The notes under the pieces: model-generated
The model's database searches: none
The model's input: the letters and a program-made list of their open reading frames with translations, nothing else
What the model was told of the DNA's origin: nothing
Shown here: piece after piece, positions 36,450 to 45,810 of the stretch
Layout of the letters: every line of letters starts with the position of its first letter
Position numbering within the stretch: position 1 is the stretch's first letter
Assembly: GCA_000996245.1 (NCBI GenBank)
Contig: LBYP01000004.1
Location: forward strand, 10,860-74,859
Source of the DNA: Parcubacteria group bacterium GW2011_GWA2_40_23
GTDB lineage: Bacteria; Patescibacteriota; Patescibacteriia; UBA11705; JABHMO01
Length of the DNA stretch: 64,000 bases
Direction: 5' to 3'
Translations under genes and position numbers: made by a program

Positions 36450-38375
36450 ATGATAGAAAAGTCAAAAATTTTAATTAAGTGGCACAAGATAATTTCAATT
36501 GTGATTGTTTTGATTGTCCTTGTCTCTGGTTATTATCTGTATAAACATTTTTCGACTGCTTCAGTCGAGACGAGATATCAATTTGCTACAGTTGAAAAAG
36601 GAACTATCATTAAAACCATTTCCGGTAGCGGTCAGGTTGTGGCCACAAATCAAGTAGACATAAAACCAAAAGCATCTGGTGAAGTCATTCGAGTCGCAGT
36701 AAAAAAAGGTCAGGAAGTTAAGGCTGGTGCTATCTTGGTCCAATTAGACGCAGGGGATGCCTGGCGAACCGTGCGTGATGCTCAGCTTAGTCTTAAGAGT
36801 GCTCAATTGGCGTATGATGAAGTTAAAAATGGTGCGACCGAAGCAGAATTAACACAATCAGAAAATTCGTTGACAGCCGCAAAAACAACAGTCGAGAAAT
36901 TAAAACTTTCTCAACAAAACGGTTATCAAGATGCTCTTGAAGCTGAGCAAAAGCTCAGGGACAGTGTAACAAAGTCATATGAAGACATGTTTAATTCCAT
37001 CACTGATGCATTTTTAGATTTCCCAGACGTGATTTCTGGCTTGAATGAAGTTTTATACAGTAAGGGGATTGCCAGTTCCGAGGGTTCAATTGACGCTGGG
37101 ACTTTAAATACAGATGCTCTTATTAATACGATCACAAAGGACACAGATAAGGGCGGTATTGTTAGTTCCCAAATTCTGGCTGAAAATAACTATGATCAAA
37201 CACGACCTTATTTTGACTCAGCCTTTATTGATTATCGAAGCATTACACGTTATTCTGATCAAACAACATTAAAAACATTCTTGGATAGAACGATTGAATT
37301 AACAAGAAAATTATTTGAAACAGCTAAGAGTGAAAGCAATTTTATTGATTCTTGGGTTGATTTGAGAACTCAGGAGGATCAACAGATTTTTTCGAAAGTG
37401 ACATCATATCAAAGTGACTTAAGTGGCTACTTAAGTACAATCAACAGCGACTTATCTAGTCTATTAGCTGTAAAAAGTACTTTAGATACAAATATTTCTT
37501 TATTGGCACAAAAGCAACGAGATATTGAAACGTCAATAAAAAATAATCCCTTGGATTTAGCTGCGGCGGAAGCGTCTTTGAAAGAAAAACAAATCGCTTA
37601 CAATGAGTTAAAGGCAGGAGCAACGGAAAGTGATCTTCTATCTCAGGAAATATCTTTAGGGCAACGACGGAACTCTTTATATGATGCGCAAGAAACTTAT
37701 GCAGATTATACTGTTCGAGCACCTTTTGATGGTGTGGTCGCGGTCTGCGATTTGGTGAAAGGGGATATGGCTTCTTCTGGAACTGCGGCCGTTACTCTTA
37801 TGACAAAACAACAAACTGCAGTAATTTCCTTAAATGAAGTTGATGTGGCTCAAGTCGCTGTGGGGCAAAAATCAAATATTACTTTTGATGCTTTACCCGA
37901 CTTAAATATTACAGGACAAGTTGCGGAGCTTGATTCTTTAGGGACGACTTCGCAGGGTGTTGTCTCGTATGAAGTTAAAATATTATTTGATGTTCAAGAT
38001 GAACGTATTAAACCCGGCATGAGTGTTTCTGTAACTATTACGACCGATTTGAAACAAGATATCTTGCTTGTACCAAACGCAGCCATCAAATCTTCTGGTG
38101 ATACTAATTATGTCGAAACGCCAGCACAAAAACTAACAGATGAGAATGCTTTTTCTTCCACTGGCATCATTTTGTCAGATACATTGAATCAACAGAATGT
38201 CGAGGTTGGGATTTCTAATGACTCGGATACAGAAATTGTTTCTGGATTAAAAGAGGGTGATCAAGTTCTTATTAAAACAATCAACGCAACAAGTACAACA
38301 ACGCAAACCAAGAGTATATTGCAGGCTGCAACAGGCAGTCGAAGCGGTCTTGGAGTCGGCATGCGCCCAGATTAA
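36450..38375 (+). CDS. HlyD/MacA-family efflux periplasmic adaptor subunit
   Basis: 641 aa. N-terminal TM helix. Biotin-lipoyl-like hairpin motifs (GQVVATNQVDIKPKASGEVIRVAVKKGQEVKAGAILVQLD), a long coiled-coil insert and a C-terminal beta-barrel (YTVRAPFDGVV). Confidence 0.8.
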   Translation: MIEKSKILIKWHKIISIVIVLIVLVSGYYLYKHFSTASVETRYQFATVEKGTIIKTISGSGQVVATNQVDIKPKASGEVIRVAVKKGQEVKAGAILVQLDAGDAWRTVRDAQLSLKSAQLAYDEVKNGATEAELTQSENSLTAAKTTVEKLKLSQQNGYQDALEAEQKLRDSVTKSYEDMFNSITDAFLDFPDVISGLNEVLYSKGIASSEGSIDAGTLNTDALINTITKDTDKGGIVSSQILAENNYDQTRPYFDSAFIDYRSITRYSDQTTLKTFLDRTIELTRKLFETAKSESNFIDSWVDLRTQEDQQIFSKVTSYQSDLSGYLSTINSDLSSLLAVKSTLDTNISLLAQKQRDIETSIKNNPLDLAAAEASLKEKQIAYNELKAGATESDLLSQEISLGQRRNSLYDAQETYADYTVRAPFDGVVAVCDLVKGDMASSGTAAVTLMTKQQTAVISLNEVDVAQVAVGQKSNITFDALPDLNITGQVAELDSLGTTSQGVVSYEVKILFDVQDERIKPGMSVSVTITTDLKQDILLVPNAAIKSSGDTNYVETPAQKLTDENAFSSTGIILSDTLNQQNVEVGISNDSDTEIVSGLKEGDQVLIKTINATSTTTQTKSILQAATGSRSGLGVGMRPD

Positions 38376-38378
38376 AAT

Positions 38379-39059
38379 ATGATTGAATGTCAAAACATAA
38401 CAAAGGTTTATAAAACAGGTGATCAAGAAGTTGAAGTCTTGAAGGGTTTATCTTTCAAAATTCAAGACGGTGAGTTTGTGGCTATTATTGGGCCATCGGG
38501 CTCTGGGAAATCAACCTTGATGCATATACTTGGAGCGCTTGATACACCTACCGCCGGGAAATACATAATCGATGGCGAAGACGTGTCAAAACTTGATGAT
38601 GATGAATTGGCCACAATACGCCAAACTAGAATTGGTTTTGTTTTCCAATCATTTAATTTGTTATCGAGGTCAACGGTATTGCGCAATGTAATGTTGCCAC
38701 TAGTTTATGCCAATGTGCCTCGTGCACAGCGGGAACAGAAAGCGCACACAGTTTTAACTAATGTCGGGCTTGAGTCAGATCTATTCTTACATCTTTCTAA
38801 TCAACTCTCCGGCGGCCAAATGCAACGAGTGGCTATTGCTAGAGCTTTAATTAATGATCCAGTTTTAATTTTAGCTGATGAACCGACTGGTAATTTAGAC
38901 ACAAAAACAGGCGCACTAGTCCTAGAGATATTTAAAAAGTTAAATCGAGAAAAGAATAGAACTATTGTTTTAATTACCCATGACCATGATGTCGCTCAAG
39001 CGGCTGATCGAATCATTTCTATTAAAGATGGTGTTATTGTCTCGGACAGTACAAAATAA
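38379..39059 (+). CDS. ABC transporter ATP-binding protein (MacB/LolD-type)
   Basis: 226 aa. Walker A GPSGSGKSTL, signature LSGGQMQRVAIARAL, Walker B ILADEPTGNLD. Confidence 0.9.
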   Translation: MIECQNITKVYKTGDQEVEVLKGLSFKIQDGEFVAIIGPSGSGKSTLMHILGALDTPTAGKYIIDGEDVSKLDDDELATIRQTRIGFVFQSFNLLSRSTVLRNVMLPLVYANVPRAQREQKAHTVLTNVGLESDLFLHLSNQLSGGQMQRVAIARALINDPVLILADEPTGNLDTKTGALVLEIFKKLNREKNRTIVLITHDHDVAQAADRIISIKDGVIVSDSTK

Positions 39060-39065
39060 GTTTAT

Positions 39066-40289
39066 ATGCTAAAAAGGGATCTTGTTGAAGAAACATACCT
39101 GGCTCTAATTGCAAATAAAGTGCGTTCTTTTTTGACTGTCTTGGGAATTGTTATTGGAATTGGTTCCGTAATTGCCATGATTGCTATCGGTCAAGGGTCT
39201 CAATCGTCGATTCAATCAAATATTCAGTCACTCGGTTCAAATTTGATTATGGTGACGCCTGGGGCTCCTCGTGGAGTTGGAACTCAAGTAAGCCAGGGGC
39301 GTGGCAGTGCAACTACTTTGGTCATGAAAGATATTTCAGCTATTAAAGCGGAAAGTCAGCAATATGCCGCAATAGCACCAGAATTATCTAGTCGATATCA
39401 AGTAACTGCTAAAGGGACGAATACAAACACCTCTATTGTTGGTGTTACCTCAGATTATCCTGAAGTCAAAAATATTCAGGTTGCTTCTGGTGTTTTTATT
39501 TCCGATAAAAATAATTCTAATAGAGCCAAGGTAGCTGTCGTCGGTCCAACTGTTGTAACTGATTTGTTTGGTGACGGTGTTGATCCAGTAGGGCAAACTA
39601 TTCGGATAAAAAGCATTAGTTTTCAAATTGTGGGAGTAACATTGGCTAAGGGTGGTTCTGGGTTTGGAAGCCAGGATGATATGATTTTTATTCCACTGAC
39701 CACGGCACAACAATATTTGGCTGGGAGTGATCGTTTGAGTACGCTCAGTATTCAAGCGATTGATGCCAATGGAATGTCTGAGTTACAAACAGAGATCACA
39801 GACATTTTATTAAAAAGTCATAATATTTCTGATCCACAAGCAGCTGATTTCCAGGTCTTGAATCAAGCTGATATTGTGAGTGCTGCTTCTTCTGTGACAC
39901 AAACATTTACTATGCTTTTGGGTTCAGTAGCTGCGATTTCACTTTTAGTTGGTGGTATTGGCATTATGAATATGATGCTTACGAATGTGACGGAACGAAC
40001 AAAAGAGATTGGTTTACGCAAAGCGATCGGGGCCACTCGAGCAGAAATTAGTTCACAATTTTTAATTGAAGCAGCCATGCTAACATTTTTGGGTGGGATA
40101 TTTGGAGTTATCCTGGGCTGGTTAGTGGCACTCTTGGTTCAGAAGTTCGGCGGCATAACAACAGAGATTACAACTTCATCCGTATTATTAGCTTTTGGTG
40201 TTTCAGCTGCTATTGGAATTGTTTTTGGATATTATCCAGCACTACGAGCATCAAAGTTAAATCCAATTGAAGCTTTGCGTCACGAATAA
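39066..40289 (+). CDS. ABC transporter permease (MacB/FtsX-like)
   Basis: 407 aa. N-terminal TM, a large periplasmic domain, and C-terminal FtsX-like TM helices (…ERTKEIGLRKAIGATRAEI…). Confidence 0.85.
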   Translation: MLKRDLVEETYLALIANKVRSFLTVLGIVIGIGSVIAMIAIGQGSQSSIQSNIQSLGSNLIMVTPGAPRGVGTQVSQGRGSATTLVMKDISAIKAESQQYAAIAPELSSRYQVTAKGTNTNTSIVGVTSDYPEVKNIQVASGVFISDKNNSNRAKVAVVGPTVVTDLFGDGVDPVGQTIRIKSISFQIVGVTLAKGGSGFGSQDDMIFIPLTTAQQYLAGSDRLSTLSIQAIDANGMSELQTEITDILLKSHNISDPQAADFQVLNQADIVSAASSVTQTFTMLLGSVAAISLLVGGIGIMNMMLTNVTERTKEIGLRKAIGATRAEISSQFLIEAAMLTFLGGIFGVILGWLVALLVQKFGGITTEITTSSVLLAFGVSAAIGIVFGYYPALRASKLNPIEALRHE

Positions 40290-40310
40290 TTAAATTAATA
40301 AATAAAATTT

Positions 40311-40772
40311 ATGGACAAAAAAACTATTATTAAGCATGTTGTTGGTGTAATTATAATCGTTGGAATTTCATTTGCAGGAGGTTTGTTTGGTGCGAAACTA
40401 ATGCAAAAGGGGAATAATAAAAATCAAGCTGCGTTTTTCAAGACGGGAAACTGGCAGGGTGGCGCTCCTGACGGTCAAAAAGGTGGTATGCGTAATCTTG
40501 GGGGTGGCCTCGCAAACGGTGAAGTCATATCTAAAGATGCACAAAGTGTTACTATAAAAATGCGAGATGGCGGCTCAAAAAACGTTTTATTTTCAACTTC
40601 AACCAAGATATTAAAATCAACGGCAGGCATCATCGATGATCTTAAGGTAGGGGATACTGTAATGGTTGTTGGAAAAACGAATACTGATGGAAGTGTGAAT
40701 GCGGAAAGTATCCAAATTCAGTCTGCAGAATTAGCTCTAATTTCACCTGTAAAACTAGAACAAAAACAATAA
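40311..40772 (+). CDS. hypothetical membrane-anchored protein
   Basis: 153 aa with an N-terminal TM helix; last gene of the operon. Confidence 0.4.
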   Translation: MDKKTIIKHVVGVIIIVGISFAGGLFGAKLMQKGNNKNQAAFFKTGNWQGGAPDGQKGGMRNLGGGLANGEVISKDAQSVTIKMRDGGSKNVLFSTSTKILKSTAGIIDDLKVGDTVMVVGKTNTDGSVNAESIQIQSAELALISPVKLEQKQ

Positions 40773-40832
40773 TTTTAGAGCATTTTGGGTCTTTCATAGA
40801 AGTCTGAGTTTCACCTAAATTTACACCTTATA

Positions 40833-40861
40833 TTGACATTTCGCAGGATCTTTGCTATAAT
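40833..40861 (+). promoter_or_regulatory. consensus sigma70 promoter TTGACA-17-TATAAT with a ~120 nt 5' UTR
   Basis: TTGACA at 40833-40838 and TATAAT at 40856-40861, upstream of the RRM gene (ATG 40987). Confidence 0.6.
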
Positions 40862-40986
40862 GTATATGTTTGTAAGGTGCTCAAAGAGTTTCCAAGTCCA
40901 AAGATCATTTAGTCTTTTGTGCGGAAAGTTATTTGAGGTAAAGTGTCGACCTTCAACATTTTATTAAAAAGACTAAGAAATGTACT

Positions 40987-41244
40987 ATGGCAAAGAAACT
41001 ATTTGTAGGAAGTATTTCCTTCAATACAACTGATGAAAGCTTGCGCGCTTTTTTCGAGCAAGTTGGAACAGTTGAAACAGCTACTATCATCAAAGATAGA
41101 ATGACTGGTCGTTCAAAAGGCTTTGGCTTCGTTGAAATGTCAAATGACGATGAAGCTACAGCTGCTGTTGCTCAACTTAATGGCAAAGAATTAGACGGTA
41201 GAGCAATCGTAGTTAATGAAGCACGTCCTCGCGAAGACAAATAA
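40987..41244 (+). CDS. RRM-type RNA-binding protein
   Basis: 85 aa. RNP2 (LFVGSISF) and RNP1 (KGFGFVEM) motifs. Confidence 0.85.
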   Translation: MAKKLFVGSISFNTTDESLRAFFEQVGTVETATIIKDRMTGRSKGFGFVEMSNDDEATAAVAQLNGKELDGRAIVVNEARPREDK

Positions 41245-41255
41245 TCTCTTCCGAT

Positions 41256-41287
41256 AAAAAAAATTCCCCGTAAGGGGAATTTTTTTA
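41256..41287. terminator. bidirectional rho-independent terminator
   Basis: aaaaaaaattccccgtaaggggaattttttt: stem TTCCCC/GGGGAA flanked by an A-run and a T-run. Sits between convergent genes. Confidence 0.7.
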
Positions 41288-41296
41288 TTGATTTAT

Positions 41297-42046
41297 TTAG
41301 AAGTATAATCCTCCAGCATGACGCATATCCTCTTGAAATTGCGCTTGTCTTTCGCGATAACTAGCTAAAGCTGAGCTAGCACCTTTGCCAGTACCCATAT
41401 AATGTTTATCGTACATGGGTTCAGCCGCCTTTTTGGCTGTTTTTACCCTGGCTGCAGCCTCTTTTTGCTCCTTAGTCTTGAAGCCGAACAAATAACGCGC
41501 ACCCTTTAAGAAACCAGCTCGTTGTGCTTCAAGCGCCAATTCTGCTTCATCTAACTCTTTATAAGCAGCTCGGGCTTCGGCGAAGCCAGCTTCTCTTTCT
41601 TTTTGTTTGGCAATGTCAGCGTCTTCAACTGCCACTTTAGCATCGAATTCCTCCATGTTAAGTTGATGTTCTGCAAAGCTTATTTGTAAAGTTTCAATAA
41701 TGTTTTTTTGAATTATGATACTGCCAGCGATGTCATATTTTTTATTGATCGCTTTTAAAAGATCAGCTGTTGTTGAACCAGGGACGTTTGGCACAATGTC
41801 TAATTTAGAAGTAAGCTCATTTAATCTAGAATATTCTGTTTTAAGACGTTCAGCTATTGAAACCTGAGCTGTTGCTTCCATCCAGGCCAAGTAACGAGCA
41901 CTTTCTTTATCCCATTTTGCAGAATCCATTTTTCCTTCTGCTGTTAATGTGCGGAAGTACTTATTGGTAGCTTCAAATCTTTTCACTGCGTCTTTGGCTG
42001 CTTCATCAGATTTCACTAACCAGAATTTTGAGTCACGCATTGTCAA
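41297..42046 (-). CDS. hypothetical Ala/Glu/Lys-rich coiled-coil protein (paralog of 42352..43323)
   Basis: 249 aa from TTG 42046 (ATG 42040). The frame stays open for about 55 more codons upstream (…IGWFTNKDAAPQEATPEAAPKEVLETRRSEPETPELSVIKGEKE…) without a canonical start. That region is homologous to the N-terminus of the downstream paralog. Confidence 0.45.
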   Translation of the reverse strand: MTMRDSKFWLVKSDEAAKDAVKRFEATNKYFRTLTAEGKMDSAKWDKESARYLAWMEATAQVSIAERLKTEYSRLNELTSKLDIVPNVPGSTTADLLKAINKKYDIAGSIIIQKNIIETLQISFAEHQLNMEEFDAKVAVEDADIAKQKEREAGFAEARAAYKELDEAELALEAQRAGFLKGARYLFGFKTKEQKEAAARVKTAKKAAEPMYDKHYMGTGKGASSALASYRERQAQFQEDMRHAGGLYF

Positions 42047-42308
42047 TTCAGCTTCAGCATCAGTAACTTCTTTTTCTCCTTTGATGACAGACAGTTCTGG
42101 GGTTTCCGGTTCAGAACGTCTGGTTTCTAGTACTTCTTTTGGTGCTGCTTCGGGAGTTGCTTCCTGTGGTGCAGCATCTTTGTTTGTAAACCATCCTATA
42201 GTGTTTAAGTTAATTATAATTATTTAATACGCTATAAGTATACCATAGAGAAACTATTTACATCAAGAACATTCTCTAATTTTAGTGACAAAAGGGGCTG
42301 TTCAAGTT

Positions 42309-42345
42309 AAAAAAATAACCCCGCATTTTGCGAGGTTATTTTTTA
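42309..42345 (-). terminator. rho-independent terminator after the 42352 gene
   Basis: Minus strand reads AACCTCGCA-aaa-TGCGGGGTT followed by T7. Confidence 0.55.
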
Positions 42346-42351
42346 TACATA

Positions 42352-43323
42352 TTATTGCATTTTTGGTGAAAGAGCTTCCATTGTACCAGGTAATCTGCGA
42401 GTAAAGGATTTGCTGTTTGTTGCAGAAGATCCTGCTAATCCAGATTTCTGCATTCGGGCATCAATTTCTTTAACGGCTGCTTCTGCTTCAGCTAATTCTT
42501 TTTCAGCGGCGTTTACAGAAACATTAGCGCCACGCATGAAGAAACCACCAAGCTTTTTTAAGAAACCACCTTTAAGTTCCTTAATTTTATCTTCTGCTTG
42601 GACTAAACGATCATAGGCCTTGGTAGCAATGTTATAAAGATTCTGTTCTTTACCGCCCATGCGACCGTCCATTTCTGCTTCAAGAGCAGCAATATCAAGG
42701 TTTGTTTCGTTGTAGGCTTGTTCAAGACTATCTACGCAAGCTTTTTCAAAAGCGACTAATTCTCGAGCCTTAGCAATGCCAGTCTGATATTCTTTAAGTG
42801 CTTTTTCATAGCTAGCATTTGCTTCAAGATTAGCTTCTCGTTTAGCGAATGATTCGCCGGAGCTTGCAAGTACTTTTTCAGCACCTGCAGGTAATGGCAT
42901 TGGAGGTGGTACAGATAAAACTTCGTCCAATGCAGCGACGGCTGAATCATAAGCTCTAGAATGTGCCACTAACAATTCGCATCTTGGAATCTGGCTGCAA
43001 CCTGCTTCCCAAGCTTTCTTTTGTGCACTTTCGGCCCATGTGCCGCTACCTTTTGATTCTTTTTGTTGTCTAAAATATTTATTAGAACGATCAAATAAAG
43101 AGCTAGCTTTTTTCTCAGCTGCAGTTGCTAATTCTGCCCATTTTAATCCAGCAGAAACTGGTTTAACTTCAGCTTTTTTTCCTTCTTTAGCTACTTTTAG
43201 TTCAGGTTTTGTAGGTTCATCACGTCTAGTTTCAAGAATTTAAGCTTCTGGAGCTGCTTCTGGAGCTTCTGACTTTTTTGCGGCAGAACCGCCAAACCAC
43301 TTGTCGAAATTACCAAATACCAT
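42352..43323 (-). pseudogene. coiled-coil protein paralog with an in-frame TAA (plus 43240-43242) in its conserved N-terminal region
   Basis: ATG at 43323 gives MVFGNFDKWFGGSAAKKSEAPEAAPEA-TAA-ILETRRDEPTKPELKVAKEGKK… in the same frame as ORF 42352..42975. The region after the stop is conserved with the 41297 paralog (LETRR.EP..PEL.V.K; NKYFR). Confidence 0.45.
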
Positions 43324-43466
43324 AGTTTTTAAGTTAATTTAATTTTTTATGATAAATTATTTAATACAAATTAATTATAGCATACTTCCTAGCTTTTGTC
43401 AACCTTTTGGCTAAATTTAGTAGAAATTTTGATATTTTTTAATTTCTCGCTATAATAGAGCTAAAT

Positions 43467-44621
43467 ATGAATACTATTTTTAATGCCATTATTGTGCATT
43501 TTGATGAAATTGGTCTTAAAGGCAAGAACCAAAAATTTTTTGTGCGTAGATTGGTGGAAAATGTCAGCCAGAAGCTTAAAACTGATGTTAAAATCGGAGC
43601 CAAGAAATTGGTCGTGTCCTGGCCAAAAAACAAATCGTGGGATCAGATTGCTAGTCTCTTAAATATTATACCAGGAATTGCTTTTTTTGCGCCAGCCACA
43701 ATCTGTGCATCAAAGCTAGAAGATATTAAAATAAATTCCAAAAAAGTAATTGAATTTTATAAGCCACAATCGTTTAGGTTTACCGCGCGACGAGCGGACA
43801 AAAGCTTTGAAATGGATTCATTAGAGCTTAGCCGAGAATTGGGATCAGTTGTACTGGATGCTTTTCCGGATCTCAAGGTGAATTTAAAAACTGCAGATAT
43901 AGATGTCCGCGTTGAAGTCGACAAAGAGAGCACAGCCATCTTAGGGCAACAAGAACAGGGAATTGGTGGTTTACCAGTCGGTACCACTGGAGAAGTTCTT
44001 TGTTTGTTGTCAGGAGGCTTTGATAGTCCAGTCGCTGCTTATTTAATGATGAAGCGCGGAGCACATGTTAATTTTATTCATTTTCAAAATCAAACAATTA
44101 ATAAAAGTGGAGTTGAAGATAAAATAAAAGATTTAGTAAAAATACTTTCTCTTGTTCAGGGCGAATCGAAATTACTTATTGTCCCTTTCGCTGATTTACA
44201 AAAAGAGGTTATTAAAAGTGTTGATTCCAAAGTGAGGATGATCGTTTACCGTCGTTTAATGTATAAAATTGCAGAGAGAGTTGCGAAACAAAACAAAGCT
44301 TTAGCTTTAGTTACTGGCGATAGTTTAGGTCAGGTTGCTTCGCAAACTCTCGAGAATATGAGTGTTATTGCGTCAGCGACTTCAATGCTAAAGTTGGCGC
44401 CACTTTCAGGAACTAATAAAATAGAAATAATAAATCTGGCTCAAAAGATTGGCACCTATGACATTTCAGTCCGTCCGTATGGAGATTGCTGCAACTTGTT
44501 GGTCGCTCTACACCCTGAAACCAGTGCACGAATCCAAGACATTGAACGAGCGGAGTCAAAGATTGATTTTCAACCATTAATTGAATCAGCCATAAATAAA
44601 ATTCAAACATTTACTTTTTAA
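43467..44621 (+). CDS. thiI: tRNA 4-thiouridine(8) synthase ThiI
   Basis: 384 aa. THUMP N-domain and PP-loop SGGFDSPVAAYLMMKRG. Confidence 0.9.
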   Translation: MNTIFNAIIVHFDEIGLKGKNQKFFVRRLVENVSQKLKTDVKIGAKKLVVSWPKNKSWDQIASLLNIIPGIAFFAPATICASKLEDIKINSKKVIEFYKPQSFRFTARRADKSFEMDSLELSRELGSVVLDAFPDLKVNLKTADIDVRVEVDKESTAILGQQEQGIGGLPVGTTGEVLCLLSGGFDSPVAAYLMMKRGAHVNFIHFQNQTINKSGVEDKIKDLVKILSLVQGESKLLIVPFADLQKEVIKSVDSKVRMIVYRRLMYKIAERVAKQNKALALVTGDSLGQVASQTLENMSVIASATSMLKLAPLSGTNKIEIINLAQKIGTYDISVRPYGDCCNLLVALHPETSARIQDIERAESKIDFQPLIESAINKIQTFTF

Positions 44622-44623
44622 TT

Positions 44624-45127
44624 ATGAAACTACTAAAAACAATCAGGGATAATGATTTCGGACTCGAAGAAAAAAGTGAGAAGCTTCAATTAAGAGAAGC
44701 CTCTCGTGCTATTGTTATTAATGATAAGAATGAATTAGCCATATTGTATGTTTCAAAAAAGGATTTTTATAAAATCCCAGGCGGTGGGATTGAAACGGGT
44801 TAAGATAAAATTACAGCATTAAGGCGTGAAGTATTAGAAGAGGCTGGGTGCGAAATTGAGATTATTGAAGAATTGGGTGAAATTATAGAATACCGAACGC
44901 ATTTTCGTGTTTTGCAAAAATCATATTGTTATTTGGCACGTGTTGTGGGTACTATTGGAAAACCAAATTTCGATGAGGGGGAACTGGCAGATGGGTTTGA
45001 GGTTCGATGGATGAGTTTGGTTCAAGCAGAAGAGTGTATCCGTTCGGTGGCTACTAATGATTATTTGGGGCGTTTTGTAACAGATAGGGAATTGACGATT
45101 TTAGAAGAAGCAAAGAAATATTTATAA
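44624..45127 (+). pseudogene. NUDIX hydrolase gene with an in-frame TAA (44801-44803) at the conserved Nudix-box Glu
   Basis: MKLLKTIRDNDFGLEEK…IPGGGIETG-TAA-DKITALRREVLEEAGCEI…. The stop occupies the position of the E in the GGG.E.GE…REVLEEAG Nudix box. The frame continues 108 codons to 45127 (the ORF track keeps only 44873..45127). Confidence 0.5.
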
Positions 45128-45189
45128 AACATAAATGGGATTGATTCCCATTTTTTGTTTAAGGGCAGGGGAGTAAAAAAGGGGGGAAA

Positions 45190-45241
45190 GGGGTAAGTAT
45201 TAAGGGGTTTTGCTTAACCCTTATCCCATAATCCTTATCCC
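45190..45241. repeat. GGGRTAAGTATTAAGGG / CCTTATCCC motif cluster (related to 4164-4219)
   Basis: ggggtaagtattaagggg at 45190-45207; cccttatccc at 45218-45227; ccttatccc at 45233-45241. The 17-mer recurs in inverted orientation at 4203-4219, and ggggtaagtataatggg occurs at 4164-4180. Confidence 0.4.
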
Positions 45242-45330
45242 TAATCACTTGCTTAATTATTATGGGGCTGTGGATAACTTTTGCATTACTCTCCTATCAG
45301 GAATATAATTTAAATAGGAATTATTCTTAA

Positions 45331-45747
45331 TTGTATTTATGTAAAATGGCTGCAGAAAAACTTGTTCCAATTCGTAATACCAATCAGCGTCAACTGATTT
45401 TTGAATATTTAGAACACACACTCACCCACCCCACGGCTGAACAAATTTTTCAGAATATGCGCCAAGAACTTCCGCGGATCAGTTTTGGGACGGTTTATCG
45501 TAACTTAGACATTCTCGAGAAACAGGGTTTGATTTCAACTGTAATTTATTCTAAGGAACACGTTCGTTATCAGGTCGGGTCGATGAATCATTCTCATTTT
45601 GTTTGTTCTAATTGCGATAAGGTTAAAAATGTTGTTATTGATGATTTAACTGACTTAAACAATCAAGTTTCCCGTCGTCATAAAGTAATGGTGCAAAAGT
45701 ATAATTTAATTTTTTACGGACAATGCGCGAATTGTCAAAAAATGTAA
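45331..45747 (+). CDS. Fur-family metalloregulator (Fur/Zur/PerR)
   Basis: 138 aa (the likelier start is ATG 45346, MAAEK…). DNA-binding helix FGTVYRNLDILEKQGLI and C-terminal metal sites HSHFVCSNCDKV…CANCQK. Confidence 0.8.
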   Translation: MYLCKMAAEKLVPIRNTNQRQLIFEYLEHTLTHPTAEQIFQNMRQELPRISFGTVYRNLDILEKQGLISTVIYSKEHVRYQVGSMNHSHFVCSNCDKVKNVVIDDLTDLNNQVSRRHKVMVQKYNLIFYGQCANCQKM

Positions 45748-45750
45748 AAA

Positions 45751-45779
45751 GGTAGGGACAAAAATTTTTGTTCCCTACC
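45751..45779. repeat. REP-like palindrome GGTAGGGA(A)CAAAAATTTTTGTTCCCTACC (copy 1 of 3)
   Basis: Near-perfect inverted repeat between the convergent fur-like and VIT1-like genes. A partial extra half (gtccctac) follows. Confidence 0.6.
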
Positions 45780-45810
45780 TTTTTTGTCCCTACGTTTTTT
45801 TGATGGTTGT

